Shown here: positions 34,101 to 43,313 of the stretch, one piece after another
How positions within the stretch are numbered: the first letter of the stretch is position 1
How the letters are laid out: the number at the start of each line of letters is the position of its first letter
Origin: a virus
IMG/VR virus record: IMGVR_UViG_3300037541_000632
Location: 1 to 64,000 of that record
Strand: one strand, 5' to 3'
Length of the DNA: 64,000 nucleotides
The notes under the pieces: model-generated
Databases searched by the model: none
What the model saw: only the letters and a program-made list of their open reading frames with translations
What the model was told of the DNA's origin: nothing
Program-made: the position numbers and the translations under genes

Positions 34101-35716
34101 TATAATTTATAACCAAAGGTCGTGTACATAAATTGTTCACACCGTTTAATAGTCTCCCGGGATTCCATGGATATGGCATTACGATCATAGGTCTGACTAT
34201 TAGTGTGCGCAGGATCTAATTTAAGTTTACCTGAAATTAAATCCTTCATCACATTAACTTTATATGGTTGTCCAATTACATTTAAAAGGTTACGCAGGTC
34301 ACTAAACATATGCTCAGTGCGTCCAATTAATTCCACTTTATTATTGGTAGGAAAATTTGAATCCTTTCCCAGGTACCTACGAACTAATGTTGTGTAATGC
34401 CCAAGCCAGAACTGCCCATAATCCTTTAACCATTCATCAAATGAAGTAGTGGCGAGTTCAGCTGCTGAGAATCTAGAATGCGCAGTATTCATATTCCAGT
34501 GATAGAATGACATCCACCAAGCTACAGGATGACGAACAAAACTAAAGAATGGCTTACCATTCTCAGGCATCTGCGATGCAAATAAATGACCATAATGCGG
34601 CGTCTTAATTACCTGTGATTTGTCAGTAATCGCTCCTAATAGCCAAAGCGCAGTATTTAAAGTAGTACCACCACATTTAGGAATGTGAATGAAGTTACAA
34701 TGAGAGAGTAAATAGTTGGACATAGTATTAATTAAATCTGGGGGAGGTTGGGGGTTGGTGCTATTGCTATAGCTAATTAAATCTGGGTGAAACTGTCGGA
34801 TGAAATCTATTTTCTTAGCGGCATCACATGCATGCCCTGCAAAATGAACAATAGAATAACTCAGCTTATATTGATTTACGATATCTGCTCTAGCCCATAA
34901 ATGCACAGATACGAATTTAACATAGCTAGCTAATAAATGCACATTGGAAATACAGAACCAATTAAAGTAATGATTCAAGAATGCCTGCTCAAAGAAGTAT
35001 TCACCGGGCCAAGCTCTGGATAACCAATCCACATTATATAAATGCCGAAGCATCCGCACACTATTCACGAATAAATACTGACCAGCATTAAATGCATATA
35101 TTTCCTTATCCCGGAACTCATTCATTTTAGCTAAATCATAATCCACCAAATTATGAAACTTGGTATTATGCAAATGATCTGAATAAGAATGAATAGCCGA
35201 ATAAAATATATCTGGATCTAATTCCAAATTAAACAATTCACTAATCGGCTCCTTAGCCATAATATCCACATCCAAGAATAATACCTTTCCATAATCATTA
35301 ATATTCTTGAACTGATATATCTTCAATTTATTCATTGAAGCCTCAACACCATCCTTAGCCTCAGGCACAGAATGAAACAGTAAATTAAATCCTTTTAAAT
35401 CAATTACTCCATCACCAATCAATTTATTAATTTTAGTTTCAAACAAAGGAGAACATATAACCAATAAATCAAATGCATCATTTTTATCTTTATTAACAAT
35501 AGATCTTAAACAATACGTAAATAAATCAATATATGACTCACTATAATTAATAGTGAAGTAAATCAAGTTTTTCTTTCCCAGCGGTACATTACTGGAATTA
35601 AATGTATCCCTATACCGGGAATTTAATTCCTCCAGCAAATTATCCTCTGCATATAATCTTCCTTCGTTTTTACGCATTAATGCTGACGCGGGAACTGCTG
35701 GGTTTGTATTAATCAT
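34100..35716 (-). CDS. GT8-like glycosyltransferase fused to a sulfotransferase
   Basis: N-terminal KL...FLDVD...FNAG...EQAFLN...HFAG; C-terminal FIHIPKCGGTT (5'-PSB loop) and FVRHP..W..S (3'-PB). Confidence 0.8.
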   Translation of the reverse strand: MINTNPAVPASALMRKNEGRLYAEDNLLEELNSRYRDTFNSSNVPLGKKNLIYFTINYSESYIDLFTYCLRSIVNKDKNDAFDLLVICSPLFETKINKLIGDGVIDLKGFNLLFHSVPEAKDGVEASMNKLKIYQFKNINDYGKVLFLDVDIMAKEPISELFNLELDPDIFYSAIHSYSDHLHNTKFHNLVDYDLAKMNEFRDKEIYAFNAGQYLFVNSVRMLRHLYNVDWLSRAWPGEYFFEQAFLNHYFNWFCISNVHLLASYVKFVSVHLWARADIVNQYKLSYSIVHFAGHACDAAKKIDFIRQFHPDLISYSNSTNPQPPPDLINTMSNYLLSHCNFIHIPKCGGTTLNTALWLLGAITDKSQVIKTPHYGHLFASQMPENGKPFFSFVRHPVAWWMSFYHWNMNTAHSRFSAAELATTSFDEWLKDYGQFWLGHYTTLVRRYLGKDSNFPTNNKVELIGRTEHMFSDLRNLLNVIGQPYKVNVMKDLISGKLKLDPAHTNSQTYDRNAISMESRETIKRCEQFMYTTFGYKL

Positions 35717-35818
35717 TAAATTTATTTAAATAAATATACCTATCAATTATGACTCTCTTTTTTTATCTATCAGCTAAATAAAAAAAGATGATTGTAATAG
35801 CATGCATGCAATTTGTAA

Positions 35819-35850
35819 ATCCTGGGGTTGAAATTAATCAACCCCAGGAC
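35819..35850 (-). terminator. stem-loop / terminator
   Basis: TCCTGGGGTTGA/TCAACCCCAGGA inverted repeat. Confidence 0.6.
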
Positions 35851-35867
35851 ATTAAGATACAGCTTAA

Positions 35868-36023
35868 TTACTTTTTCGCGACTACTTCGCTTCCACCTTT
35901 AATATTACCACACACAGTACAGCGATGACCTTTGCTGCACTTATTGTGGACTCGTTGACTTTTGCCATGCAGGGTATCTTGGGATGCATGGACGCAATTA
36001 CAGGTACGGACGGATACTGACAT
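35868..36023 (-). CDS. small zinc-ribbon protein (51 aa, not in ORF track)
   Basis: MSVSVRTCNCVH..QD..HG...RVHN......RCTVCG; A/C-rich leader and downstream hairpin. Confidence 0.65.
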   Translation of the reverse strand: MSVSVRTCNCVHASQDTLHGKSQRVHNKCSKGHRCTVCGNIKGGSEVVAKK

Positions 36024-36077
36024 ATTTGTGTGTTCTCTATTTGTTTGGTGTTTGGTTGACTATCAAATTCAATATTA

Positions 36078-36446
36078 TCAATTATAGGTAATGGCTCTGA
36101 TTTCTACTTGTCTAAGCAACTCCTCTCGGAACAAGGACAACTTACCATTTAAATTAAGGTTCATACCTTCAAATACATCAGGTTGCTTGGAAACGCGGTG
36201 ATATACCAGCTCGCGTAATCCCCACTTAAAGCAATTGTACAATGCAAGCTTAGCCGCACCTGCTGTATTAAATGCTGTCTTCCCGGACCACGTTTTAATG
36301 CGTATTCCTTTGTAGAAGATTCCATACAGCTGATGCGGTGCATTATTTCTCGAAGAAATATGCTGGTCTAAGCAATGCGTAACATAATCTTGCAAAGTTT
36401 CAGGGACTTCACTCATTTCTTCTACATCATCACATTCATTCATCAT
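36078..36446 (-). CDS. hypothetical protein
   Basis: Tiling ORF. Confidence 0.6.
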   Translation of the reverse strand: MMNECDDVEEMSEVPETLQDYVTHCLDQHISSRNNAPHQLYGIFYKGIRIKTWSGKTAFNTAGAAKLALYNCFKWGLRELVYHRVSKQPDVFEGMNLNLNGKLSLFREELLRQVEIRAITYN

Positions 36447-36627
36447 CTTTTATTTCTTCGGCTGCTTTATACATAAAACATAATGTATCTAAAATAGCTT
36501 TTATAAACAAAACTATACATACCCAACCTGGAGCATCTGCTTCCAAGGCTGAAAATGCCGCAATGTACCACAAGGCAGCAATCACTTCTTCACGTTGTGA
36601 AGGTCTCCACACGGGTTCTTTTTCCAT
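36436..36627 (-). CDS. small membrane protein
   Basis: Two hydrophobic segments. Confidence 0.55.
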   Translation of the reverse strand: MEKEPVWRPSQREEVIAALWYIAAFSALEADAPGWVCIVLFIKAILDTLCFMYKAAEEIKDDE

Positions 36628-36636
36628 TGTTTTAAT

Positions 36637-36954
36637 TTATAATTGTTTACCATACTGCAGTTCTTTGATTTTCATCTTAGAATATGCCTGCATAAGCTCA
36701 TTCAACTCTTCACTATCACCGGTATACTCAGATGCCAGGATAATGTATAAATTACGCTTTAACGAGCTATCAGGTAGTTCGTCTATAACCAATTCCAACT
36801 GCTTTAAAGGATCAGCCGGATCCAGTATTGCTAAAGAAGCTTTTACAGCCCAAAAGCATAGGACAGTAATAAATAAAGCAGTGGCTAATACCATGAATAT
36901 GGCATAACAACCTGCTAATACAGATGCCAGTTTACTTGGCTTTTTTTGATTCAT
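36637..36954 (-). CDS. membrane-anchored protein
   Basis: N-terminal transmembrane helix. Confidence 0.6.
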   Translation of the reverse strand: MNQKKPSKLASVLAGCYAIFMVLATALFITVLCFWAVKASLAILDPADPLKQLELVIDELPDSSLKRNLYIILASEYTGDSEELNELMQAYSKMKIKELQYGKQL

Positions 36955-36956
36955 AA

Positions 36957-37334
36957 TTATTTAATTAACGAACTGATTTTTTCAAGGACGTACAGCCTAG
37001 GAGCTATTAACGGATAAAGCACATCCATGATCTGAACAGAGAAAGTGACTGCGCCTAAAATAAATGCAACAATATTAAAGATCGCAATAGGCAGACCATC
37101 CACGTCCTCTTCACAATACCATTTTTGTTTACAGTAAGTAACATGAAACCAGCTTGTGACTGCTACTAATAGTAAACCAAACAAGGGCGCGACAACTTCT
37201 GATGCTGCGCCCCAGGTAATGATTTCTTTTCCAAGCTCAGGTGTCTGAACTTCAATGAATTTAGCGACGTCTTCAGCGGTCTTCATTCCGCCATCCAACA
37301 ACTTCTTGACGTAAGGTTCGAGTGTCTCATTCAT
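36957..37334 (-). CDS. membrane protein
   Basis: Two TM segments and an APRLYVL C-terminal motif. Confidence 0.65.
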   Translation of the reverse strand: MNETLEPYVKKLLDGGMKTAEDVAKFIEVQTPELGKEIITWGAASEVVAPLFGLLLVAVTSWFHVTYCKQKWYCEEDVDGLPIAIFNIVAFILGAVTFSVQIMDVLYPLIAPRLYVLEKISSLIK

Positions 37335-37864
37335 GGTTTGTATAAGAGTTTAAGTACTTTAGCGATGTCTTTGAATGACAAATTTAAATCGTCATTCAAC
37401 GCAGTTAGTGATTTAGCGTCGTCGTAATGGAACACAGGAGTACCGTCTATTTCAAGTTCTTTTTTATTATAAACGTTTACAAATACGCCTTTAGGCAGGT
37501 CACCGGAACTTCCTAAAATATTAAAAACAGGATTGTCACTCGCAAGGTAGTGTTCATCAAAATAATATACATCTGTCCCATCGCCTTTTTTGTCTTTAGA
37601 TGAAGAGTAAGTAATTAAACGTCCTTGCGTCTTACTCAAAACACCAAGGCAGCAGTATCCTAATTTACCAGTACTTAATTTTTCACATAGCGACCTATAA
37701 TTCTGTCTGTAATTACCGCTATTCAAAGCTGTAACCCAAGCTGTTAACCCGGGCAGCTTGATCTTTTTGTAATCACTTGGTAATGATACCAATACATTAA
37801 TGTTTTTACCTTTAGTAGTGGATTTGAATACTATTTCTTTTGTTTTACTTTTTTTATTTTTCAT
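37331..37864 (-). CDS. conserved phage hypothetical protein
   Basis: W..AL.SG.Y.Q...L...YCCLGVL...LND...SF..IA motif. Confidence 0.75.
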   Translation of the reverse strand: MKNKKSKTKEIVFKSTTKGKNINVLVSLPSDYKKIKLPGLTAWVTALNSGNYRQNYRSLCEKLSTGKLGYCCLGVLSKTQGRLITYSSSKDKKGDGTDVYYFDEHYLASDNPVFNILGSSGDLPKGVFVNVYNKKELEIDGTPVFHYDDAKSLTALNDDLNLSFKDIAKVLKLLYKP

Positions 37865-37912
37865 AAGGCTGTCTTAATTTGTATTGTTTTTAACCAAGCG
37901 ACTCATGTTATT

Positions 37913-38368
37913 TTATTCTAAGTTGAAAATATATTTACTTCTTCCAAAGCCAAAGGTGACAGCGCTTATGCCTGTAGTTTCTCTTTTGGACGCCGGATCG
38001 CCTTTTACCATCTCTCTGCTAATGTATTCATAATCCAGAGTAAAGGTATTCTCTTTGATGAATTGAAAATATTTATACCAGGATTTAAATCCATATTTAA
38101 TTTTACAGTAAAAATGATTGCTCAACCATCTACCCCCGGGAAGGAAGGCGAACCAACCATAGCTAGCAATACGGTAGCCCATGTAAGCAGCTAACGGCTG
38201 AAAAATAAGGTTACGTACACTGTGGTTTATGCACAACAGGTATAGACATATAGTGGACGAAACAATAAATAGTATAAAGGCTGTTAAAAATTCTTTATCG
38301 CGCATTAAAGTTTTTATAACAGAAAGCAAATTTTTTATTTTGTCTTTAGTTTCTATCATGGAAACCAT
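37913..38368 (-). CDS. membrane protein
   Basis: Hydrophobic segment; start uncertain. Confidence 0.55.
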   Translation of the reverse strand: MVSMIETKDKIKNLLSVIKTLMRDKEFLTAFILFIVSSTICLYLLCINHSVRNLIFQPLAAYMGYRIASYGWFAFLPGGRWLSNHFYCKIKYGFKSWYKYFQFIKENTFTLDYEYISREMVKGDPASKRETTGISAVTFGFGRSKYIFNLE

Positions 38369-38373
38369 TGCGA

Positions 38374-38715
38374 CTATTCCTTTCTATTCTTCTGTAAAAT
38401 TAAAAGTTTGTTGTTTAAATCAATTTCAAGCGCATGCCCCTTGTTTTCTTCAACTGCAATAGAATGCTTATTAGCAAGTGCTAAAATAAATTGGTCCTTG
38501 AGAACAGAAACCGTTTTGATTTGCTCTTCAATCTGCTGCTCAATGTTAGCTACCATAGTAAAAAGAACTGTCTTTAGAGAACCTAACTGCAAATTGATAA
38601 TGTTGATAAAAGCACATTCGTCATCTGTAAGAAGGAATTTTGTTTTATCATCAGGCTTGATCAAGGGTGTCAAATCTTCACCCATGTTAAAAATTTCTGT
38701 TGTGATGGGTTTCAT
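38374..38715 (-). CDS. hypothetical protein
   Basis: Tiling ORF. Confidence 0.6.
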   Translation of the reverse strand: MKPITTEIFNMGEDLTPLIKPDDKTKFLLTDDECAFINIINLQLGSLKTVLFTMVANIEQQIEEQIKTVSVLKDQFILALANKHSIAVEENKGHALEIDLNNKLLILQKNRKE

Positions 38716-38716
38716 G

Positions 38717-39622
38717 TTAGTTCATCCAGGGTGCGACTTCAGTAGTCTTTGTTAAATTATACGCAGGCTTGTTATCATCAACTTTATGTACCGAAACATT
38801 ATCGTTTTCTACAATAATCATGCTCGCTTTGCTGACGTGACTCATCAAGGTTTTCATGACGTTTTGAGCTTTGTCCAGATCAAATTTTGGATTATTAAGA
38901 TCAAGCTTTTCAAGCTCGATAATCATATTTCTGACTGTATTAATTTTATTCAAATCCGTACAACCAGCCATTTTATACTTTGCTAAGTTGATCATTACAG
39001 ATCTACCACAGTCAAAACAGAATTGTTTATTTTCATCTTTAACATTCTCTATATACTTAATCGCAGCAGCGGACGCATTAGGATGCCGCTCCATGTCAGG
39101 CACAAAGCACATAACACCACACGAAGTACAAGGCTCGCTTTCTTGAAAAACAATGGCTTTGGCAAGCAATGTAGCTTCAAACAACTTACTGGGATCGCTT
39201 TTGATTTTCTCATAAAGCTTATCCAGCTTAATTTTAGTCGGCATAAACATACCAATGCTAGACTTTTTATGAAAATTTAATTCAACGCCATTTAAAACAA
39301 TCAACATTTCTGGCGTCACGCTTAAACTTTTATTTTCATATAAATTAATCAGCAGTTTATTTTTCATATAATTTTCACCGTTGAGTGCATAAAAATCACA
39401 GCCACTGTATGTTGCTGGATCTTTCTGCATTCTATTAACAAACTCTGCGTGAATCAGAGCACAAGAAGCATACCAAGTAAATTTACCGGTAGCTTCATCT
39501 TTAAGAATTGTCATTTGACCTTTTTTATTTAAACAAACACCAATAAAGGTGCGAGTAAAAACAAGTTGATCGTATATTTTGTCTAGAAGGATATTGAGGG
39601 GATTCTGTGTGGATGATGTCAT
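38717..39622 (-). CDS. hypothetical protein with a CxxC...CxxC zinc site
   Basis: CTSC and CFDC. Confidence 0.7.
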   Translation of the reverse strand: MTSSTQNPLNILLDKIYDQLVFTRTFIGVCLNKKGQMTILKDEATGKFTWYASCALIHAEFVNRMQKDPATYSGCDFYALNGENYMKNKLLINLYENKSLSVTPEMLIVLNGVELNFHKKSSIGMFMPTKIKLDKLYEKIKSDPSKLFEATLLAKAIVFQESEPCTSCGVMCFVPDMERHPNASAAAIKYIENVKDENKQFCFDCGRSVMINLAKYKMAGCTDLNKINTVRNMIIELEKLDLNNPKFDLDKAQNVMKTLMSHVSKASMIIVENDNVSVHKVDDNKPAYNLTKTTEVAPWMN

Positions 39623-39629
39623 ATAACTA

Positions 39630-39670
39630 AAATAAAAGCCCCTGCCCGGAATTACCGGGCAGGGGTTTTG
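39630..39670 (-). terminator. intrinsic terminator
   Basis: CCCCTGCCCGG-AATTA-CCGGGCAGGGG with flanking A/T tracts. Confidence 0.8.
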
Positions 39671-39815
39671 GGTTTGATGTCGAATTGGGCGACTAACTGA
39701 CCTGTTAACCTTTTGACAATACTGCCTATAATATCAGGATCTACCTTTCCAGGATGCGCGCGGGCAGCGCATAACACGCTGCCCGCGATAGCCCTACGAA
39801 GCGCTTGCTGATTCT

Positions 39816-40442
39816 TCATGCTTGAATACGTTGCGCTGCAAGTTCAAAATCTGAACGAGCACATACAACGCTTTCCTCCAGTGCTTCCCGCAGCAGTGTC
39901 CAGCCTGCTGCGGCCTTTCCTGTTTTGTAATCCATGAAGGTCACACCATATGCGTGCGTGTACGCAATGGTTCCATCCATCTCATTGACGACACGCTCAT
40001 ATGAACGTCCCGACATAGTAGCAGGAAGGTCCTCCCAGACCGAAAGAACAGCAATCTTTTTGATAAGATTACGTACAATATCTCTGTCAGTATCTGACAA
40101 GGAGATTTCCCACAGATTCCTGTAGGCTCTAGCTCCCAGTTGCTGGGCCTTGACTACCAGTTGTTGGTGCTCATCAGTGGCTGACATCTTGCGACGTGCA
40201 ATCACTTCATTAAGCTCCGTCGCTGCATCCTCGGCGTAATCTACCGAAGACATCGCCTGTTTGAAGATCTGCTGTTCTTTACCGCTCCCATGCTCAGGTA
40301 ACCAAGCATAGATTGCTCTTACTCTTTGGACGCTCTTATGTGCATCCATATCTGTCAAAATCTGACAGATTCTATTTCCAGTCTCCTGCCCTTCGTATGT
40401 CAAGGACAGGAGACTTTCAGTGTGGTGGTGTTGTATTTTCAT
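39816..40442 (-). CDS. hypothetical protein (putative early gene)
   Basis: 208 aa, preceded by the conserved promoter-like motif. Confidence 0.7.
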   Translation of the reverse strand: MKIQHHHTESLLSLTYEGQETGNRICQILTDMDAHKSVQRVRAIYAWLPEHGSGKEQQIFKQAMSSVDYAEDAATELNEVIARRKMSATDEHQQLVVKAQQLGARAYRNLWEISLSDTDRDIVRNLIKKIAVLSVWEDLPATMSGRSYERVVNEMDGTIAYTHAYGVTFMDYKTGKAAAGWTLLREALEESVVCARSDFELAAQRIQA

Positions 40443-40462
40443 GATAAATAGCGTGCTCCGCT

Positions 40463-40497
40463 ACAAATCTATATAACACAACAGCACCTTTTATATC
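40463..40497 (-). promoter_or_regulatory. conserved phage promoter-like motif, copy 1
   Basis: GATATA-N10-TTGTGTTATATAGATTTGT. Confidence 0.6.
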
Positions 40498-41068
40498 AAG
40501 GCATACAGAGAGACTTAACCATATCCACTTTATCCGGGGAAAGGTTGAACTGCCCTACATACTGATTAATAGGTAGTTTAGATTTAATTAAACTCTTATA
40601 ACGTGGCACGTTACCTTTCGGTAATTTCACTTCCTTATCAGGAGTATGATTGGTTGTAGAAAGCGCCTGTACATTTTTAATAATCACAGTCTGAATATCT
40701 CCTGATTCAAATTCAGATTGGTAAAAATGCATACCACCCTGTTTGACTGTAGGATTCTTAAACTGCATTTCCTTAACAGGCTTATCGTCGCTCATGCTTT
40801 TGGTAAAGCTATCAAGCTGCTCTGTAACAGCAGTAGCCCACTCAGTAATATCAGCATCTGCAGGTCTCAATTCACTCATGAAGAACTCAGTTTCTTTATT
40901 GAGTTTTTCATGACTGGTCTTAATCAGATTTTTATATCCATCATCAGGTAGTAAAAGAACTACATAATCTTTTACTGAACCATCTGAACTTTTATAACCT
41001 TTCAACATTAGCGTTCTATCTCCAGCTAATGCTTTTTCAATTTCAGTTTTAATTTCGTCTGTTGTCAT
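40496..41068 (-). CDS. hypothetical protein
   Basis: 190 aa ORF. Confidence 0.7.
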   Translation of the reverse strand: MTTDEIKTEIEKALAGDRTLMLKGYKSSDGSVKDYVVLLLPDDGYKNLIKTSHEKLNKETEFFMSELRPADADITEWATAVTEQLDSFTKSMSDDKPVKEMQFKNPTVKQGGMHFYQSEFESGDIQTVIIKNVQALSTTNHTPDKEVKLPKGNVPRYKSLIKSKLPINQYVGQFNLSPDKVDMVKSLCMP

Positions 41069-41087
41069 GGTGTTTGGGATTTAATAG

Positions 41088-41125
41088 CTAAATAAAAAGG
41101 GCTACCACACTTAAGTGTGGTAGCC
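41088..41125 (-). terminator. intrinsic terminator
   Basis: GGGCTACCACAC-TTAA-GTGTGGTAGCCC plus T-tract. Confidence 0.85.
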
Positions 41126-41148
41126 CTCAGATTTACTGACTTGCGTTA

Positions 41149-41433
41149 TTACGCGTCAACCGTTTCAGCGGTGTCCGTAGTGTCAGCAGTGTGAACTTGC
41201 GCCAAGACTTTGTTACCGTCAGTCTTCTTGTGGTGCAAATCAAAGCCATGCTTTTCAGCGTGTGCTTTGACAGTATTCACTTCCAATGCTTCGATCTCAA
41301 AGGAGTCTCCATGTGTAAGCGAACCAAAGAATTCGTCCCACAGGCTCTTACGAGGCTTGGTGCGAACGCGTTTGATGTTGGCTTCAAGTGGCTCAAGTCC
41401 CTTGATAATTTCAGGCAGTTCTTTTCTCTTCAT
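41149..41433 (-). CDS. small putative DNA-binding protein
   Basis: Basic N-terminus, GDSF motif; own leader and terminator. Confidence 0.6.
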   Translation of the reverse strand: MKRKELPEIIKGLEPLEANIKRVRTKPRKSLWDEFFGSLTHGDSFEIEALEVNTVKAHAEKHGFDLHHKKTDGNKVLAQVHTADTTDTAETVDA

Positions 41434-41546
41434 ATCTATTATGTGGTTTGTGGTTATTTATATTCTGGATTTGGCTCACACCGCTTCCAGGAATAATTTA
41501 ATGATGCCGAGATTTCTAAAGTAAGCAAGAAGAAAAAATCAAATTT

Positions 41547-41756
41547 TCAATTTTCAGTAGCTAAAGCAATGTCAGCAGGTTCAAAGTATTTATGCGCTTT
41601 ATCATCCATAGCGTAGAATTCACTATTGATAACTGTAACGTCGCGGCGAACAGAACCGTCTTTCAAAATAAAAGTCACCGGGCGGTAGACTTCTTTGACT
41701 GCAGGAAAGTTCTGAATGGATTCCACTATTTCACGAGGCAAACAAAAGTATCGCAT
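41547..41756 (-). CDS. hypothetical protein
   Basis: ATG ORF. Confidence 0.55.
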   Translation of the reverse strand: MRYFCLPREIVESIQNFPAVKEVYRPVTFILKDGSVRRDVTVINSEFYAMDDKAHKYFEPADIALATEN

Positions 41757-41759
41757 ACA

Positions 41760-42026
41760 TTATTTCTTAGCTAGTGCAGCGACTGGGAATTTAAAAGACA
41801 CAGTTGCTACCCCGGCTTTACTTTTAACTTTAACATCCGAGAACTCGAGGCCTTTAGCAAAGGCATCATTAATATTCTCGATAAGTCTAATACCAATTTC
41901 TTGGCGCTTATCAGGATCTTTGAGGTCAATGGCCAGTTGCGCCAATGTAAAATCGACAGCATTCAGCTGGTTAAAAATTGCCTCAACTTCAGGTACTTTG
42001 GTCGTGGAGTCTGTTTCGTCTGACAT
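41760..42026 (-). CDS. hypothetical protein
   Basis: ATG ORF. Confidence 0.6.
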   Translation of the reverse strand: MSDETDSTTKVPEVEAIFNQLNAVDFTLAQLAIDLKDPDKRQEIGIRLIENINDAFAKGLEFSDVKVKSKAGVATVSFKFPVAALAKK

Positions 42027-42077
42027 GATTTATTTGATAGTTAAAGAAATAACACGCACTATGTGTGTTATTTCGAG

Positions 42078-42170
42078 TGGTAGCCCAGGCCGGACTCGAA
42101 CCGGCAGTGTTTACCTCTTGGGTATCAGATTTTAAATCTGATGCGTTTCAACCAATTTCGCCACTGGGCC
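42078..42170 (-). tRNA. tRNA-Leu(TAA)
   Basis: Cloverleaf with long variable arm, loop TTTAAAA, CCA. Confidence 0.92.
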
Positions 42171-42177
42171 GTTATTA

Positions 42178-42453
42178 TTACAGTTTACCAAACTGGCTTA
42201 CTTTTACTTTGCTCACAAAGACTTTGAGATCGTGTGGTAGATCGACCTCATCGATGTCTTTGACTGCATCGTAAATTGTTTCCAGATACTTCTCTTTATC
42301 GACAGCCTCCTCATATGCAAGTGCATATTTTGAAATACTGTCGAAAATTTCTTGCTGCGTAGGCTGCCTAGTCAGGAGGGACATAACCACCATAATAAGC
42401 ATTGGCAGATTAATCAGAACGCAGAGGTGTGCGAATTTAGCTTTTGGTGACAT
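42178..42453 (-). CDS. membrane-anchored hypothetical protein
   Basis: N-terminal hydrophobic helix. Confidence 0.55.
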   Translation of the reverse strand: MSPKAKFAHLCVLINLPMLIMVVMSLLTRQPTQQEIFDSISKYALAYEEAVDKEKYLETIYDAVKDIDEVDLPHDLKVFVSKVKVSQFGKL

Positions 42454-42454
42454 A

Positions 42455-42661
42455 TTAACTGTGCATTAATTCTTGTTTTGCTTTGGTATAATCTAGAACA
42501 TCTTTTTCTAGACTTTCAATATGCTGCGTCCAGAACTTTTGATTGTCTTCATTCTGTTCGCCTTCTTTCCACCATTTTTTCCAAAGATCTATTTTTTGCT
42601 TAATCGCTTCAATTTTATCTTCGATTGCTACTGCAGCTAATACTATAGTTTTGCTAGTCAT
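42455..42661 (-). CDS. hypothetical coiled-coil protein
   Basis: ATG ORF with an A/C-rich leader. Confidence 0.6.
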   Translation of the reverse strand: MTSKTIVLAAVAIEDKIEAIKQKIDLWKKWWKEGEQNEDNQKFWTQHIESLEKDVLDYTKAKQELMHS

Positions 42662-42676
42662 GTTGTTGGTTTAAGT

Positions 42677-42782
42677 TGTGGGCGCGGCAGGAATCGAACC
42701 TGCCGCGCCCGTGGAATCCCAGCTAGGGTAAGTCTCAGGATTTCTCCCTTGATCGAGGCATGGAGCCTCTTGTCCCCTAGCC
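42677..42782 (-). ncRNA. structured RNA ending in a tRNA minihelix
   Basis: GGGCGCG-GCAGG-TTCGATT-CCTGC-CGCGCCC-ACA (42677-42710) preceded by a three-way junction closed by GCTAGGG/CCCTAGC. Confidence 0.55.
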
Positions 42783-42792
42783 GAGAAAATTG

Positions 42793-42924
42793 TTTGCCTA
42801 TCGCTGCAAGAGTCCCCGGATAAGGTCCGAAGCGTATACTCTCTTGCACTTCTACCGCATGTCGGCCCAGAGGGCTACGCTCGTCATGATATCGGTATCC
42901 GCCAGTACAGACACGATAGGCAAA
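42793..42924 (-). ncRNA. putative structured ncRNA
   Basis: 11-bp closing helix TTTGCCTATCG/CGATAGGCAAA and inner TGCAAGAG/CTCTTGCA. Confidence 0.45.
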
Positions 42925-42925
42925 T

Positions 42926-43001
42926 TGGTCGGCCCAGAGGGATTCGAACCCCCAACCAAAGAATTATGAGTTCTCTGCTCTAACCATTGAGCTATAGGCC
43001 G
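42926..43001 (-). tRNA. tRNA-Ile2/Met(CAT)
   Basis: Cloverleaf, loop CTCATAA, CCA; paired 1:72, so not an initiator. Confidence 0.9.
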
Positions 43002-43010
43002 GAAAATTAA

Positions 43011-43142
43011 TTAGCAGTGCAGCTTCTTATCCATCAACGATGTTCTATTAGATACTTACTAGCCTTGCAATCTCCACCGTAAAACGGAGGCAGTCTTCCC
43101 GGCATCGCTTTCTCGCTGCATTTTATTGTGATGAACTGCTAA
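43011..43142 (-). ncRNA. putative structured ncRNA
   Basis: Nested helices TTAGCAGT/ACTGCTAA, TGCAGC/GCTGCA and CGATG/CATCG. Confidence 0.4.
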
Positions 43143-43238
43143 AATTAATTTGTGTGGTACTACTGGTTACGGCTCTGTTTCGTACTTCTCCACGGCTAAT
43201 ATTATGGACGCACACAAAAATTGTTTATGTCAAAGAAC

Positions 43239-43313
43239 TGGTACCCGGTGAGGGAATCGAACCCCCATTGAAGCTTTAGAAGAGCTCTGTCCTATCCATT
43301 AAACGAACCGGGC
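43239..43313 (-). tRNA. tRNA-Arg(TCT)
   Basis: Cloverleaf, loop CTTCTAA, CCA. Confidence 0.92.

Noticed and set aside
42065-42849. ORFs 42065-42274 (+) and 42658-42849 (-)
   Set aside because: They run across tRNA-Leu and the structured RNA elements and are most likely spurious.
42677-42924. tmRNA, RNase P RNA or SRP RNA
   Set aside because: No G3-U70 or tag reading frame, no GAGGAAAGTCC core, and no complete SRP domain IV motif.
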